Assembly: GCA_963726175.1 (NCBI GenBank)
Contig: CAVSBM010000012.1
Coordinates: 13,004 to 77,003 of the forward strand
Origin: an uncultured Chloroflexia bacterium
GTDB lineage: Bacteria; Chloroflexota; Dehalococcoidia; GIF9; AB-539-J10
Reading direction: 5' to 3'
DNA length: 64,000 nucleotides
Shown here: piece by piece, positions 52,504 through 63,511 of the stretch
Layout of the letters: the number at the start of each line of letters is the position of its first letter
Numbering within the stretch: the stretch's first letter is position 1
Notes under the pieces: generated by a model
Databases searched by the model: none
What the model saw: only the letters and a program-made list of their open reading frames with translations
Told to the model about the DNA's origin: nothing
Made by a program: the position numbers and the translations under genes

Positions 52504-55500
52504 ATGGACTACAAGCAAAAAAATGCAGTCAATATGAATAACTACGTGGAGCTTCACTGCCATTCCAATTTTTCTATCCTTGATGGCGCATCCCATTCAG
52601 AGGATTTAGTGGCTCGCGCATCAGAAATTGGCATGCCTGCTCTAGCCCTGACTGACCATGATGGGCTATATGGAATTATCCCCTTCTATAAAGCTTGTCT
52701 TGCCGCCGGGCTCAAGCCTGTTATTGGGGCAGAGATGACGCTAAAAAATGGGAGCCACCTCACACTGCTGGCGAAAAACAACAGAGGTTACTCCAACCTG
52801 TGCCGGCTGATAACCAGAGCCCAACTAGAACACAGGAAAGGCAGTCCTGCCATTGATAAGAAAGATCTTACTCAGTACTCCGGCGATTTAATTTGCCTCT
52901 CTGGCTGTCGAAAGGGAGAAATAACCACTTTGATCGCTTCTGGACGAACAGAGAAAGCTCACGAGGTAGCTAGAGGATATATTGATATTTTTGGTCAAGA
53001 GAACTTCTACATAGAACTTCAGAACAATCTATATCCTGAAGATAAAAGGATTTGTCATGCCTTGGTAAGGCTAGCTAAAGACCTCAACTTGGGCTACGTT
53101 GCCACCAACAATGTGCACTACGCTACAACAGAAGGCTACAGACTTCACGACGTCCTTACCTGCATCAGAAATCGAACAACCCTGGATAAATGCGACACAT
53201 TAAGACTGAACTCTGAGTTTCACCTTAAATCCTCCGAAAGAATGACAGAGCTTTTCCAGGAATGCCCCGAAGCGATTTCTAATACCATTACCATAGCTGA
53301 GAAATGCAGCGCCAATCTAGATTTTTCACAGTACCGCTTTCCAGATTTCCCTCTGCCTGAAGGCGAGACTGCTGCCAGCTATTTAGCTAAGCTATGCTGG
53401 CAGAAAATTCACAAAAGATATGCAAACGTAAACCAGGAGATAGAAGCCAAGGTCAATTATGAGCTCAATCTAATAGAGAAACTGGGCTTGTCAGGATATT
53501 TCCTCGTTGTCTGGGACATCATGGATTATGCTGAAAGAAACGGCATTCCCGCCCAGGGAAGGGGCTCGGCAGCCAATTCTATTGTGGCTTATATCCTGGG
53601 CATAACCAAGGTAGATCCTATCAAGAATAAGCTATTTCTGGGCAGGTTCCTGAACGAGGAAATGTCATCCGTTCCCGATATTGATATAGATGTATCCACA
53701 ACCCACAGAGAAAAACTCATCCAATACGTCTATGAGAAGTACGAGCGAGAGCACGTTGCTATGGTCTGTACTTATGTTACCTTCCGGGCAAGGAATGCTA
53801 TAAGAGAGGTCGGCAAGGCATTAGGAATGCCACCCGGGCTCATTGATAGGATGGCGAAATCCGTTTCAGTATATGATGCTAAGGGTATAGAACAAGACAT
53901 GGCAGGTCTCAAGGAGTTCGAAAGCTACTTCAGTTCCGCTCCCTGGCAACAATTCATCTCCCTTTGCCGAGAAATTGCCGATTTTCCCAGACATTTATCC
54001 ATTCACAACGGAGGTATGATTATCTCATCTCGTACTCTGAGCGAGATTGTGCCCCTGGAGAAAGCCACTATGCCGGGGAGGATAGTATGTCAATGGGATA
54101 AAGATGACATTGCCGATTCCGGACTGATAAAGGTAGACCTCCTTGGCTTAAGAATGCTATCGCTTATTCATGAGGCTTGCCAGCTGGCGGAGGAAAACCA
54201 CAAGACAAAGCTCGATTTAGATAGATTGCCTTTGGATGATAGAGAGGTCTACGACATGATTTGCAGGGGCGATACCATAGGTGTATTCCAGGTGGAAAGC
54301 CGGGCTCAACTGCAAACACTGCCGCAAACAAAGCCGCACTCTATTGAAGACTTAACCATTGAGGTTGCTCTCGTAAGACCAGGGCCTCTTCAAGGGGACA
54401 TGGTCCATCCCTATATTAGAAGAAGGAAACATTTGGAGAAGGTAACCTACTTGCACCCAAAGCTTAAGCCGATACTCGAGGAGACCTTAGGAATAATCCT
54501 GTTCCAGGAACAGGTGATTCAGGTTGCTACCGCCATAGCCGATTTCACACCGGGCGAGGCTGATTCCTTGAGGAGGGCAATGACCAGGAAGAAACCAGAA
54601 AAGGCGATGGACGAGATGAGGCAGAGATTTATAGAAGGGGCGAAAAGAAACGGAGTAGATAATGACAAGGCAAGTCGCATCTTCCAAGCCCTGGAAGGGT
54701 TTGCCGAGTATGGCTTTTGCAAGAGCCACGCTGCTGGTTTCGCTCTTTTATGCTACCAGTCTGCCTGGTTAAAGAGATATTATCCGGTCGAGTTTTATTG
54801 CGCTTTGCTCAATAACCAGCCTATGGGATTCTATTCGCCAGAGGTGATCGTGCGGGATGCTAAAAGACACGGCATAGAAGTTCTGCCTGCAGACATCAAC
54901 AAAAGCAGCGACAGGTGCACTATCGAAGGCGGCAAGATTGGAGACTTGGTTTCAGGTACATAAAGGAAGTTGGAGAGAAAGCCATCAGCCAAATAATGGC
55001 CGAGAGGCAGAGCGCTCCTTATGTTTCTTTCGACGATTTTTATTTCAGGGCCAGACTGGCAAGAAAGCCCATGGAAAACCTCATCCTCGCTGGCGCCTTT
55101 GATTCCTTTGGCTGCCAGAAAAGACAGCTATTATGGCGACTTGGTCCTTTAGAAAAAAAGAGTCCAACAGAACTGCCTCTAGAATTTGGCGATACCAAGG
55201 TTTCCCTGCCTGACTTTACCGAACTTGAGGAGATGAAAGCCGATTACGAAGTACAGGGATTATCTACAAAATATCACCCGATGCATGCTCTGAGAAAGGG
55301 CATATCCAGGGATGGTTTACTCAAAAGCTCCCAGGTTGCCCGGCTTCCCTCAAATGCTCGAGTACGCATAGCTGGCTATGTTATTACCAGGCAAAGGCCG
55401 CCCACTGCCAAAGGTTTTGCCTTTATGACGCTAGAGGACGAGGAAGGTATGCTAAATGTAATAATCAAACCAAACATATACAACAGGTACCGACAAATCT

Positions 55501-55625
55501 TCAAGCTCGAGCCATTGATCCTGGTTCAAGGAACACTCCAGAGGCAACATGATATCCTGAATATTATCGCTGACACGCTAATCCGACCTAGCGATGAATG
55601 GGAAAAACAATTATCTTCGACATAA
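52504..55625 (+). CDS. dnaE2: Error-prone DNA polymerase III alpha (DnaE2), frameshifted near 54935
   Basis: PHP domain ELHCHSNFSILDGAS. Palm and fingers motifs. ORF2 54915..55625 carries the OB-fold C-terminus. Confidence 0.8.
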
Positions 55626-55715
55626 ATCGCACGCGACCTACCTTGCTCAGTGCCGGCAGGCTTTCTGTTGCTTCAAGCTCGCACCCTTAGTAAAATGAAA
55701 ATCTCAAGGAGTGAA

Positions 55716-56639
55716 ATGGCAAAAATCCGAGTAGGCACCTGTTCATGGACTGATCCGACACTGGTCAGTTCCGGGCGCTTCTATCCCGACTCTGCCCGCT
55801 CGGCCGAAGCCCGCCTTCAGTACTATGCCAGCCAGTTCAATATCGTCGAAGTGGATAGCAGTTACTATGCATTGCCCAATGAGAGAAATAGTTATCTGTG
55901 GGCGGAGCGGACGCCCGATGACTTCGTGTTCGATTTCAAGGCTTTTCGAATATTCACTCAGCATCCGACCCCTGCCAATTCCCTACCCAAGAATATAAGG
56001 AACGAACTGACTTCGGAATTGCAGGAAAAAGCCAACATATACTATCGTGACCTTGCGTCTGAATTAGTTGATGAATTATGGCAAAGATTCGAGAGTGCGC
56101 TCCTACCTCTGGATACAGTCGGCAAGCTGGGTGTTGTGCTCTTCCAGTTTCCACCCTGGTTTTATCCTGGCTCGCAACAACTCGACTACATTGAAATGTG
56201 CAAGGCAAAACTGCAGCAGTACCGACTGGCAATGGAGTTCAGAAACAACGTGTGGTTGAGTGAAAAGAATCGCGCTACGACCCTCGATTTTCTCAGGCGC
56301 AACGACTTGCCATTTGTGTGCGTCGACGAGCCACAGGGCTTCAAGTCGAGTGTGCCTCCTGTCGCCGAGGTGACGTCTGACATTGGGCTGGTCCGTTTCC
56401 ACGGCAGGAACAGTGAAACGTGGGAAAAGAAAGGTATCGGCCCGGCTGAACGTTTCAATTATCTTTACACCGAAGAGGAGCTCCGACCCTGGGCCAGCAA
56501 GATGGCGGAGATCTCCCAACAAACTAGGGAGATGCACATCTTGTTCAACAACTGCTATCAGGACAAAGCTGTTGTAAATGCCAGGCAAATGTGCTTCATG
56601 CTCGGTTCTCCCGGTCGCCCGCAAATGGCCGAAGAATAG
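55716..56639 (+). CDS. DUF72 (UPF0759/YecE-like) family protein
   Basis: MAKIRVGTCSWTD... and the FQFPPWF motif typical of DUF72. An AAGGAG RBS precedes the ATG at 55716. Confidence 0.65.
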   Translation: MAKIRVGTCSWTDPTLVSSGRFYPDSARSAEARLQYYASQFNIVEVDSSYYALPNERNSYLWAERTPDDFVFDFKAFRIFTQHPTPANSLPKNIRNELTSELQEKANIYYRDLASELVDELWQRFESALLPLDTVGKLGVVLFQFPPWFYPGSQQLDYIEMCKAKLQQYRLAMEFRNNVWLSEKNRATTLDFLRRNDLPFVCVDEPQGFKSSVPPVAEVTSDIGLVRFHGRNSETWEKKGIGPAERFNYLYTEEELRPWASKMAEISQQTREMHILFNNCYQDKAVVNARQMCFMLGSPGRPQMAEE

Positions 56640-56744
56640 CACGCACATAGCAGACTAGCATCTCGCTCTCACAATTGCACAGCGGCCTGCATTGTTACGC
56701 TCAGGCAGAATAAGCTTGCCTCGTTACCTTTGTGATGACAATTT

Positions 56745-56808
56745 AGGAGTATCAATAGCATTTCTTCGGTATCCAAGACATACTATAGAGTTACTGAGTC
56801 ACAAAACG
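56745..56808 (+). repeat. Dispersed repeat family B, copy 2
   Basis: Matches 34428-34492. It lies between the DUF72 stop and the terminator hairpin. Confidence 0.45.
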
Positions 56809-56821
56809 CCAAAGCGTTTAG

Positions 56822-56846
56822 CCGACCGGCAGCCGGTCTTGTTATT
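56822..56846 (+). terminator. Rho-independent terminator-like hairpin GACCGG-CAG-CCGGTC followed by TTGTTATT
   Basis: Seen directly in the sequence. It lies about 185 bp downstream of the DUF72 stop. Confidence 0.4.
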
Positions 56847-57609
56847 AATATGATGAGGGCTACTTGGTGAGGCCCTTATTCCAAGATTGGCGGGCCTACG
56901 TACCTATGCGAAATACCTTGATCCCGCACCTCGGGCATACACCTTGAGTCGCAGGACGCTTGTTCTTCATTCTGATAGCCCTTGGATTCTTGATCTCAAC
57001 CTTTCTTCTGCATTTCACGCAATATGCCTGCACTTGAACCTCCTTGCACTCGATACTTGTTTCTGAGAATAACATCCAGATGATGATTAGTCAATAGCTT
57101 TTCTAAACAAAACGTCGGAAAGCGACCCAGTAGTTCTGACTTTTCGTCAATGACTTAACAAAGAACCTCTATGTTGCCCAACGCTCAACAAAACCTGATC
57201 TTCAGATGGCCTAGTAATCACAGACCCAAACCGGTATCCGGTGAAGTCATTTACCGAGCCATCAGTGCATCTGTCTGACGCTAGGTTCAGCTTGCAGGGA
57301 TCCGTCCAGGTCATCGGCTACCGTTCCCTTGCATACTCTGCGACGTCGTGCACCCCTCAAGAGTGGGCTGCTATACGAAGGACAGTACCATCGTTCGCAT
57401 TCCACCCCTGCCCATTCCATACTGCCTTCCTCAACGCCGTACGCGGCTACTTTTGCCCACCATATGGGAATCGTTCCTCTCATTGCCCCGAATCCAGCGG
57501 CAAGGATCGCAATAGTTGCTGCAATCGTAGTCTATTCCCATTTGTTGTATAATCAAAGCATGTTAGTGGCGAACATGCAGATGGAAATACTAGTTGGCAT
57601 GATTAAATC

Positions 57610-58776
57610 ATGAAAATACTCATTGCAACTGATACGTACTATCCAGATGTCAACGGGGCGGCTTATTTCACATATCGGCTCGCCACCACCCTCGCAAAAA
57701 GAGGCCACAATGTCTTTGTCATGTGCCCGTCCCGATCGTTCAAAGACACGGTGTCAAATGATAAGGGAGTTACGCTATACGGAATTCGCTCCATCCCCAT
57801 TCAGATATATCGAGACTTCAGAATTTCACCGCTCTCTATTTTTGGGATCATTAGGAGAGCAGTTAAGGGAATTTCCCCAGATATCGTTCATATCCAAAAC
57901 CATTTCCTGATCGGCAAAGAAGCAGTAAGCGCAGCAAAGAGACTTGGCATCCCGGTTATGGGCACAAATCACTTCCTGCCAGAGAATCTGGTACATTATC
58001 TTCATCTGCCAAGAATTGCCGAGAAGTGGCTGCAGAAGTTTGCGTGGAGACAATGCGTAAGAGTTTTTGAACAACTTGATTTTGTGACCACGCCGACAAA
58101 AACCGCGGTAGCATTGCTAAAAAACGCCGGCTTTAACAAAGATGTCATGCCGATCTCGTGCGGCATTGACTTGGAGAGATTCAAACCGACCAATGATGGA
58201 TTCTATTTGAAACAAAGCTTCGCCGTACCGGTCAATAGACCGGTGCTGTTATATGTGGGTAGATTAGACAAGGAAAAAAGAATTGACGTGATTTTGCGCG
58301 CGTTGCCCGATATTTTGCGCGTCACTAGTGTCCATTTAGTATTAGCCGGTACCGGCAAAGAGAAGCAGAAACTCGAGGAATTGACAGAGAAACTGGGTAT
58401 ACAAAAGGCAGTAACATTTACCGGGTTTGTTCCCGATAAAGACCTGCAGAATATCTATCGGATTGCTGACCTATTTGTGACGGCAGGTATAGCAGAGTTG
58501 CAAAGTATTGTAACGATGGAAGCGATGGCGTCTGGTTTGCCTGTTGTTGCCGTGAATGCGATGGCCTTGCCCGAACTGGTACACGATGGAGAGAATGGTT
58601 ACCTTTTTTCGGATGGGAACAGTCAAATGCTTGCTGAGAAAGTTATCGCAATTCTTTCTAATCAAACAATGCGGGCGCAAATGTCAAGAAAAAGTCTGGA
58701 GATTATCAAAGATCACGATATCAACAAAGTGATAGAAAAATATGAATCGATCTACGATGAAATCGTTAATCGTTGA
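57610..58776 (+). CDS. GT4-family glycosyltransferase
   Basis: MKILIATDTYYPDVNGAA N-terminus and the C-terminal EX7E-like region (MEAMASGLPVVAV). Confidence 0.8.
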   Translation: MKILIATDTYYPDVNGAAYFTYRLATTLAKRGHNVFVMCPSRSFKDTVSNDKGVTLYGIRSIPIQIYRDFRISPLSIFGIIRRAVKGISPDIVHIQNHFLIGKEAVSAAKRLGIPVMGTNHFLPENLVHYLHLPRIAEKWLQKFAWRQCVRVFEQLDFVTTPTKTAVALLKNAGFNKDVMPISCGIDLERFKPTNDGFYLKQSFAVPVNRPVLLYVGRLDKEKRIDVILRALPDILRVTSVHLVLAGTGKEKQKLEELTEKLGIQKAVTFTGFVPDKDLQNIYRIADLFVTAGIAELQSIVTMEAMASGLPVVAVNAMALPELVHDGENGYLFSDGNSQMLAEKVIAILSNQTMRAQMSRKSLEIIKDHDINKVIEKYESIYDEIVNR

Positions 58777-59221
58777 ACATGCTGTACTATGGTCGGATAA
58801 ACTCTTGAACTCTCGGGCACCATACCGATTAGGCTTACTATAAATCAAGCCTTATGTCCGCAGAACCACAGCAAGCAATTCTTCGGCAAGTGCTGCCACT
58901 ACGATTACGATGTATGCTGTGGCTGATGAGTAAGCCACTCGTTAGAGGTGCGCAAGGCAAGGTGTGGCAGCGGCACTGGACCGGTGAAAGCTTGTAAGGA
59001 AAGTCAACATGGCCAGTGATGAGCTAGCGATGATCACTTTTTGATGTTCCTGGCTTCAAACAGATAGTGAAGAAGAGTGAGCGACTATGGCTGGCAAGCA
59101 CAATGACAAGTTAGCTCTCAAGTCTTGGCCGTTGCTTCGGGCTCCATCTAAAGTCACATGTTGTTCATGTTTCTCAGGGACTGTTGCCAGAGTTCGGTGC
59201 CGGTGGTAACTTCGGTGTCGC

Positions 59222-60280
59222 ATGGATGAGTATAAGCCAAAGATAAACCTGCGTAAGATGGTTTTGGTGGCGGTTCTCGCTATTGTTCTCATGGCAGTAG
59301 CTGGATGGCTCCTAGCGCGTGAGAATTTTTATCAGACGTTTGAAGCTATCAGGAGTGCCAACTACTTACTTATCGCATCAGCCATAGCCGCATATTTTAT
59401 TAGTGTGGCAATTTGGGCTGGCCGCTGGCAAACGGCACTTTCTTTCATAAACTGCAGAATAAACTTTCTAACTCGTTATCTGATACTTTGCGCAACCATT
59501 TTCCTGAATAATATTACTCCTGGAGCACGTGTTGGTGGCGACCCATTCGGGAGAATTTATATGCTGCATAAGCTGGAGAATACGAGTTATTCGTCGGGCA
59601 TGGCTTCCTTGATTGGTGAGTTCGCTCTTACTCCCCTGGTTGTTGTCTCGTTCTTAATGGCGGGCTTGTTTCTGCAATTTGGGAAAGGGTCACTCCAGTT
59701 AGGCTTGCTCCTCATAGCAGCATGGGTTTTGGCCTCTCTCGGAACAGTCTTTATTCCCCGCCTCTTTTTCAAGAAAAGGATCGCGCTCAAGGGTATAAGC
59801 AAAATCATAAACCGTGTTCTCGGTTGGTTTGGAAAGCGCGAGGACGTTCAAGCGACAGTGGAAGGAATTGAGGCCTTGTATTCAAGTACCTATACTATAA
59901 TGGACAAATGGCAAAAGGTATTGTTGATAGGGGGTTGGACATTAATAACTGGGGCGCTTGACATTTTTCGATTTTACGCGATATTTCTAGCTTTGGGCTA
60001 TCATCCCACATTTTCCACGCTTCTAGCTGCCTCCTCACTTCCAATTATAGTTGGTGTTATTCCATTGCTACCCGGCGGCTTGGTTCTTGTTGAAGGGTCA
60101 TTGATTTCAATCTTGGTTCTTTTCGGTGTTCCTCCAAATGTGGCAATGGCAACAACAGTGATTGACCGAGCAATCACGTTTGCTCTGAGCACCATAGTAG
60201 GCGCTGGAGTCTTCTCCTATCTGGGAGTCAAGATGGCAGCGAAGTCTGGAGTTAAAAACCAAACGAAGTCCCAAGCCTGA
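59222..60280 (+). CDS. UPF0104/lysylphosphatidylglycerol-synthase-TM-like (flippase-like) membrane protein
   Basis: Polytopic protein with PLLPGGLVLVEGSLI (GxxPGGxGxxE-like) motif. It follows the glycosyltransferase gene. Confidence 0.6.
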   Translation: MDEYKPKINLRKMVLVAVLAIVLMAVAGWLLARENFYQTFEAIRSANYLLIASAIAAYFISVAIWAGRWQTALSFINCRINFLTRYLILCATIFLNNITPGARVGGDPFGRIYMLHKLENTSYSSGMASLIGEFALTPLVVVSFLMAGLFLQFGKGSLQLGLLLIAAWVLASLGTVFIPRLFFKKRIALKGISKIINRVLGWFGKREDVQATVEGIEALYSSTYTIMDKWQKVLLIGGWTLITGALDIFRFYAIFLALGYHPTFSTLLAASSLPIIVGVIPLLPGGLVLVEGSLISILVLFGVPPNVAMATTVIDRAITFALSTIVGAGVFSYLGVKMAAKSGVKNQTKSQA

Positions 60281-60597
60281 TTCAAACACTATCCGGCACT
60301 ATTATGTTGGCTGGACAATCTTCAGCGCACTTGATTCAACGACGACGTAATCTAGTTCTCTAGTAGCTATACGAACCTCCCTGTGAGCAGTTTGACAAAT
60401 GAATTCCATTAACGCGGGCTGAAGGTGTCAAAGACGGGAGATCTTTCCTTTTTGCTTTTCTCGCTTATGCTCCCCGCTAGGGGGGGTGATAACCGTCCCG
60501 CTTTTTTGACGTATCACAATCTGCCCCTTTGTCACTTCGTTACACAGATTGACGAGACGTGTAGTCAGATTGGTCTAATCGGGACCTGTCTCACGCG

Positions 60598-61164
60598 TTA
60601 GTATGGTTCGCATGGACGTCCCCATATGTTTGAATAGACGAACTCTTGCAAGCCCTTTCTGGTGCGCTGTCCCAATCTCTCTTTGGCTGCCTCGGCATAT
60701 GATCCCTCGGCCGGGTATGCTAGAGGAGTAGCGATCACAAACCTTACTTCGTGTGGGATGCCTAACGCATTTTTTAACTTGTCTTCGTTTAGAGCCACCA
60801 TTGGATGAGTGACCAATCCAAGGTCAGTGGCTGCCAGGAGCATGTTTTCCACCGCCAGGCCGACATCAAACAAACAATATTCCCTTCCGCCAATAACTAC
60901 GTCATCGCCAGGGTTGGCACAAGCGATGATGATAACTGGTGCCTGCTTCACTACCTGATTCGTCTCAAAGAACACACTGCTGACCAGAGCCTTGACAGCT
61001 TCCCTGCCCTGAACCACGACAAAGCGCCACGGCTGGCTATTACGTGCTGAAGGGGCTAGCCGGGCAGCGTCCAAGACTTCGGCAATTTTCTCAGGCTCAA
61101 TCTCGCGTGATGAAAGGCGAGTCTTCAAACTTGCCCTCTTGTTGATTGTTTCGAGTGTTTCCAT
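60598..61164 (-). CDS. Nitroreductase family protein
   Basis: RLAPSARNSQPWRFVVV motif. 188 aa. Confidence 0.8.
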   Translation of the reverse strand: METLETINKRASLKTRLSSREIEPEKIAEVLDAARLAPSARNSQPWRFVVVQGREAVKALVSSVFFETNQVVKQAPVIIIACANPGDDVVIGGREYCLFDVGLAVENMLLAATDLGLVTHPMVALNEDKLKNALGIPHEVRFVIATPLAYPAEGSYAEAAKERLGQRTRKGLQEFVYSNIWGRPCEPY

Positions 61165-61251
61165 ATTACCTCCTTAGCAGCGTCACTACTGCAATTTCGC
61201 CGCTATTGTATGAGACTTACCATCATGACTTCAATTTATCAGTATGGTGCA

Positions 61252-61265
61252 ACAAGAATTCTTGT
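61252..61265. promoter_or_regulatory. Perfect 14 bp palindrome ACAAGAATTCTTGT in the divergent nitroreductase/lipoprotein promoter region
   Basis: Seen directly in the sequence. It lies 88 bp upstream of the nitroreductase start codon. Confidence 0.3.
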
Positions 61266-61496
61266 CTGCAGGAACTGTCTCGACCCCGCGGTCAGTGGTT
61301 AGCCCGGAGATACCTCATTGGGGCTTTTGTTATGTCCCAGTCTTTGGCTCTGACGTTACCGGCAAGCCTCCCGCGTCGACGTCATTGAACAATTCTGACT
61401 TCTGGTTAACCTTGCGCAGCCGTACAAAAGTCAAGTAAACGTGGTCGCTTACGGTACCATTTTCTGCGTAGCGATGTTATGATGTTGTAACGAAGG

Positions 61497-62258
61497 TTGC
61501 TGGAGACAAATCAAATGTGGAAGCGCAGTCTCTACTTTCTGGTTTTTCTGTGTGTCGTTTTAGCTGCATCTAGCTGCAGTGCGTTAGATGATGTCCAGGT
61601 GCGTCTGAACGAAGAGTTCTGCTTATCTATTGGACAGCGTGCGTCCGTCACAGGAGAGGATCTAGCGGTCAGCTTCGAAGAGGTGACAGAAGACAGCCGC
61701 TGTCCAAGTGATGTGACCTGTGTCTGGGCGGGCAGGGTCAGTTGTGTCGTTGAGCTTACGCATACAGGTTCCTCCTACCGGATGACATTGACCGAGCCTG
61801 GCTTGACGAGTGAATACACTAGAGAAGAATACGAAGAGTATGAGCTCGCCTTTCACGTGACCCCTTATCCTGAGGCTGGCAAGAAAATAGCTAACGATAC
61901 CTACCGTCTGCATTTGATCATCAGCAAACTACCCGAACCAACGCAGATAGTTGGCTCTATCACAGCGGAACCATTTGCTTTTGAAGGAAAGAATATCACA
62001 GTCATTGGCTACTACCGTGGCTGGGATTTACTGCAAGAAGCTGATATGGGACCTCCTGTCACCCGCAGCGACTGGGTGATTAAGGACTCGACCGGTGCAA
62101 TATATATCAGTGCTAGTTCGGAGGCAAAAATTCCGGATGGACTAAGCCCTGATTCGTTGCAGGATACGGGCATCATCCTAAAGGTCATGGGCATTGTTCG
62201 GGTTACCGAACATGGACAGGCCTATATGGAGGCGAAAAACATCGAGCGCGTCTCCTAG
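61497..62258 (+). CDS. Lipoprotein of unknown function
   Basis: Signal peptide with lipobox LAASSCS. 253 aa. Confidence 0.45.
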   Translation: MLETNQMWKRSLYFLVFLCVVLAASSCSALDDVQVRLNEEFCLSIGQRASVTGEDLAVSFEEVTEDSRCPSDVTCVWAGRVSCVVELTHTGSSYRMTLTEPGLTSEYTREEYEEYELAFHVTPYPEAGKKIANDTYRLHLIISKLPEPTQIVGSITAEPFAFEGKNITVIGYYRGWDLLQEADMGPPVTRSDWVIKDSTGAIYISASSEAKIPDGLSPDSLQDTGIILKVMGIVRVTEHGQAYMEAKNIERVS

Positions 62259-62439
62259 ACCAAAGTCGGCCATTCTACTTGATAGGCAGTCGCCGTATTG
62301 CTCTCAGATGTCAGGCAACAAAACTCGGTTTTGTGCGACTTGGCTCCATCGAAACAAAATCGCTATGGTGGCTCCTCACCGCCCTAGTGTGTCTTGGACA
62401 CCGGAACTGTTGATAATCCCTTCATTGGTGATACAATAG

Positions 62440-62868
62440 CATTCTGAGGCTCATGCTCACGAGAACAATTAGCAGCTTTTTGATTATGGTAGCCTTGATT
62501 GCCTGGATGGTAGGCTGTGTTCCGGTCCTGTCCAGTATGATCTCACCATCTCCATCACTGGAGGTGGTGAAATAACACCCCCGGCGAGGGGACTTCTAGC
62601 TATGACGCAGGGAACAACAGTTCCCCTTGTGGTGTTCCCACATACTGGCTACCGCTTTGTCAACTGGACTGGCGATGTGGACACCATTGCCAACGTGAAT
62701 GCTGCCTCAACCACCATCACCATGCAGGGCAACTACGAAATCACTGCTAGCTTTGAACAGACTCTGTCTATTACGTTCGCTATAGCCGGGCCAATGGCTG
62801 AATTCCAGGGTGAACATCAGTGGTGGGGCGCTGAAATAGCGCGTGACGAAATCAGTGCCATCTTCTGA
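62440..62868 (+). pseudogene. Truncated and frameshifted paralog of the InlB-B-repeat lipoprotein N-terminus
   Basis: A lipobox signal (…LIAWMVGC) in one frame. YDLTISITGGGEITPP...GYRFVNWTGDVDTIANVNAASTTITMQGNYEITASFEQ in another frame. It stops after about 90 aa. Confidence 0.4.
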
Positions 62869-62923
62869 TTTTGGCGAAATCAGTAAGGTTCGATACAATG
62901 ACTGCTTAGCTTTAGAGTGAATC

Positions 62924-63511
62924 ATGCAGGTAACTCAGATAATCAGACAAAAGGTGTTGATTCGGAATCTTATATTGGCGACCAGCATATTTTTTGTCAG
63001 TCTTGTATTAGGTACGCTTATTGGTCAGAATACCGTTGAAGGGCTTATGAGACAGTTGGGCGCTGTACTGGAGCCCCTGGCATCGACGGGTAAGCTGTCT
63101 ATCCTATTGGTCTTAATAATATTCATCAACAACGCAATCAAGGCTCTCGGGCTAGTTTTCTTAGGTATCCTACTGGGAGTACCACCTCTACTTTTCATAG
63201 GCCTAAACGGCTTTATCCTTGGAGGCTTGGGCTCCGCGCTTGAATCAGTCAAGGGATGGAGATATGTTATGGCTAGCTTTGTACCGCATGGTGTGATCGA
63301 GATTCCAGTGATCTTGTTAGCCACTGCTTTGGGCCTCACGGTAGGCATGGAATCACTTAAGTGGCTAGTACGAAGAGAGAGCCGAGTGAAATTACAGTTG
63401 TCAGATTGCCTTAAAGTTTACCTGAGGTGGATTCTTCCTGGGCTTGCCGTTGCAGCCATCATAGAGGTCTTTGTTACCCCCTTGCTAATCGGGCTGGTTA
63501 ATGCTGGTTAG
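62924..63511 (+). CDS. DUF95/SpoIIM-like membrane protein
   Basis: The FVPHGVIEIPVILLATALG motif (PHGxxExP) is typical of the family. Four to five TM helices. Confidence 0.55.
   Translation: MQVTQIIRQKVLIRNLILATSIFFVSLVLGTLIGQNTVEGLMRQLGAVLEPLASTGKLSILLVLIIFINNAIKALGLVFLGILLGVPPLLFIGLNGFILGGLGSALESVKGWRYVMASFVPHGVIEIPVILLATALGLTVGMESLKWLVRRESRVKLQLSDCLKVYLRWILPGLAVAAIIEVFVTPLLIGLVNAG

Noticed and set aside
57241-57613. ORFs 57241..57552 and 57329..57613 as real genes
   Set aside because: They have Pro/Ser/His-rich low-complexity translation and no RBS. They overlap each other in different frames inside a long non-coding gap.
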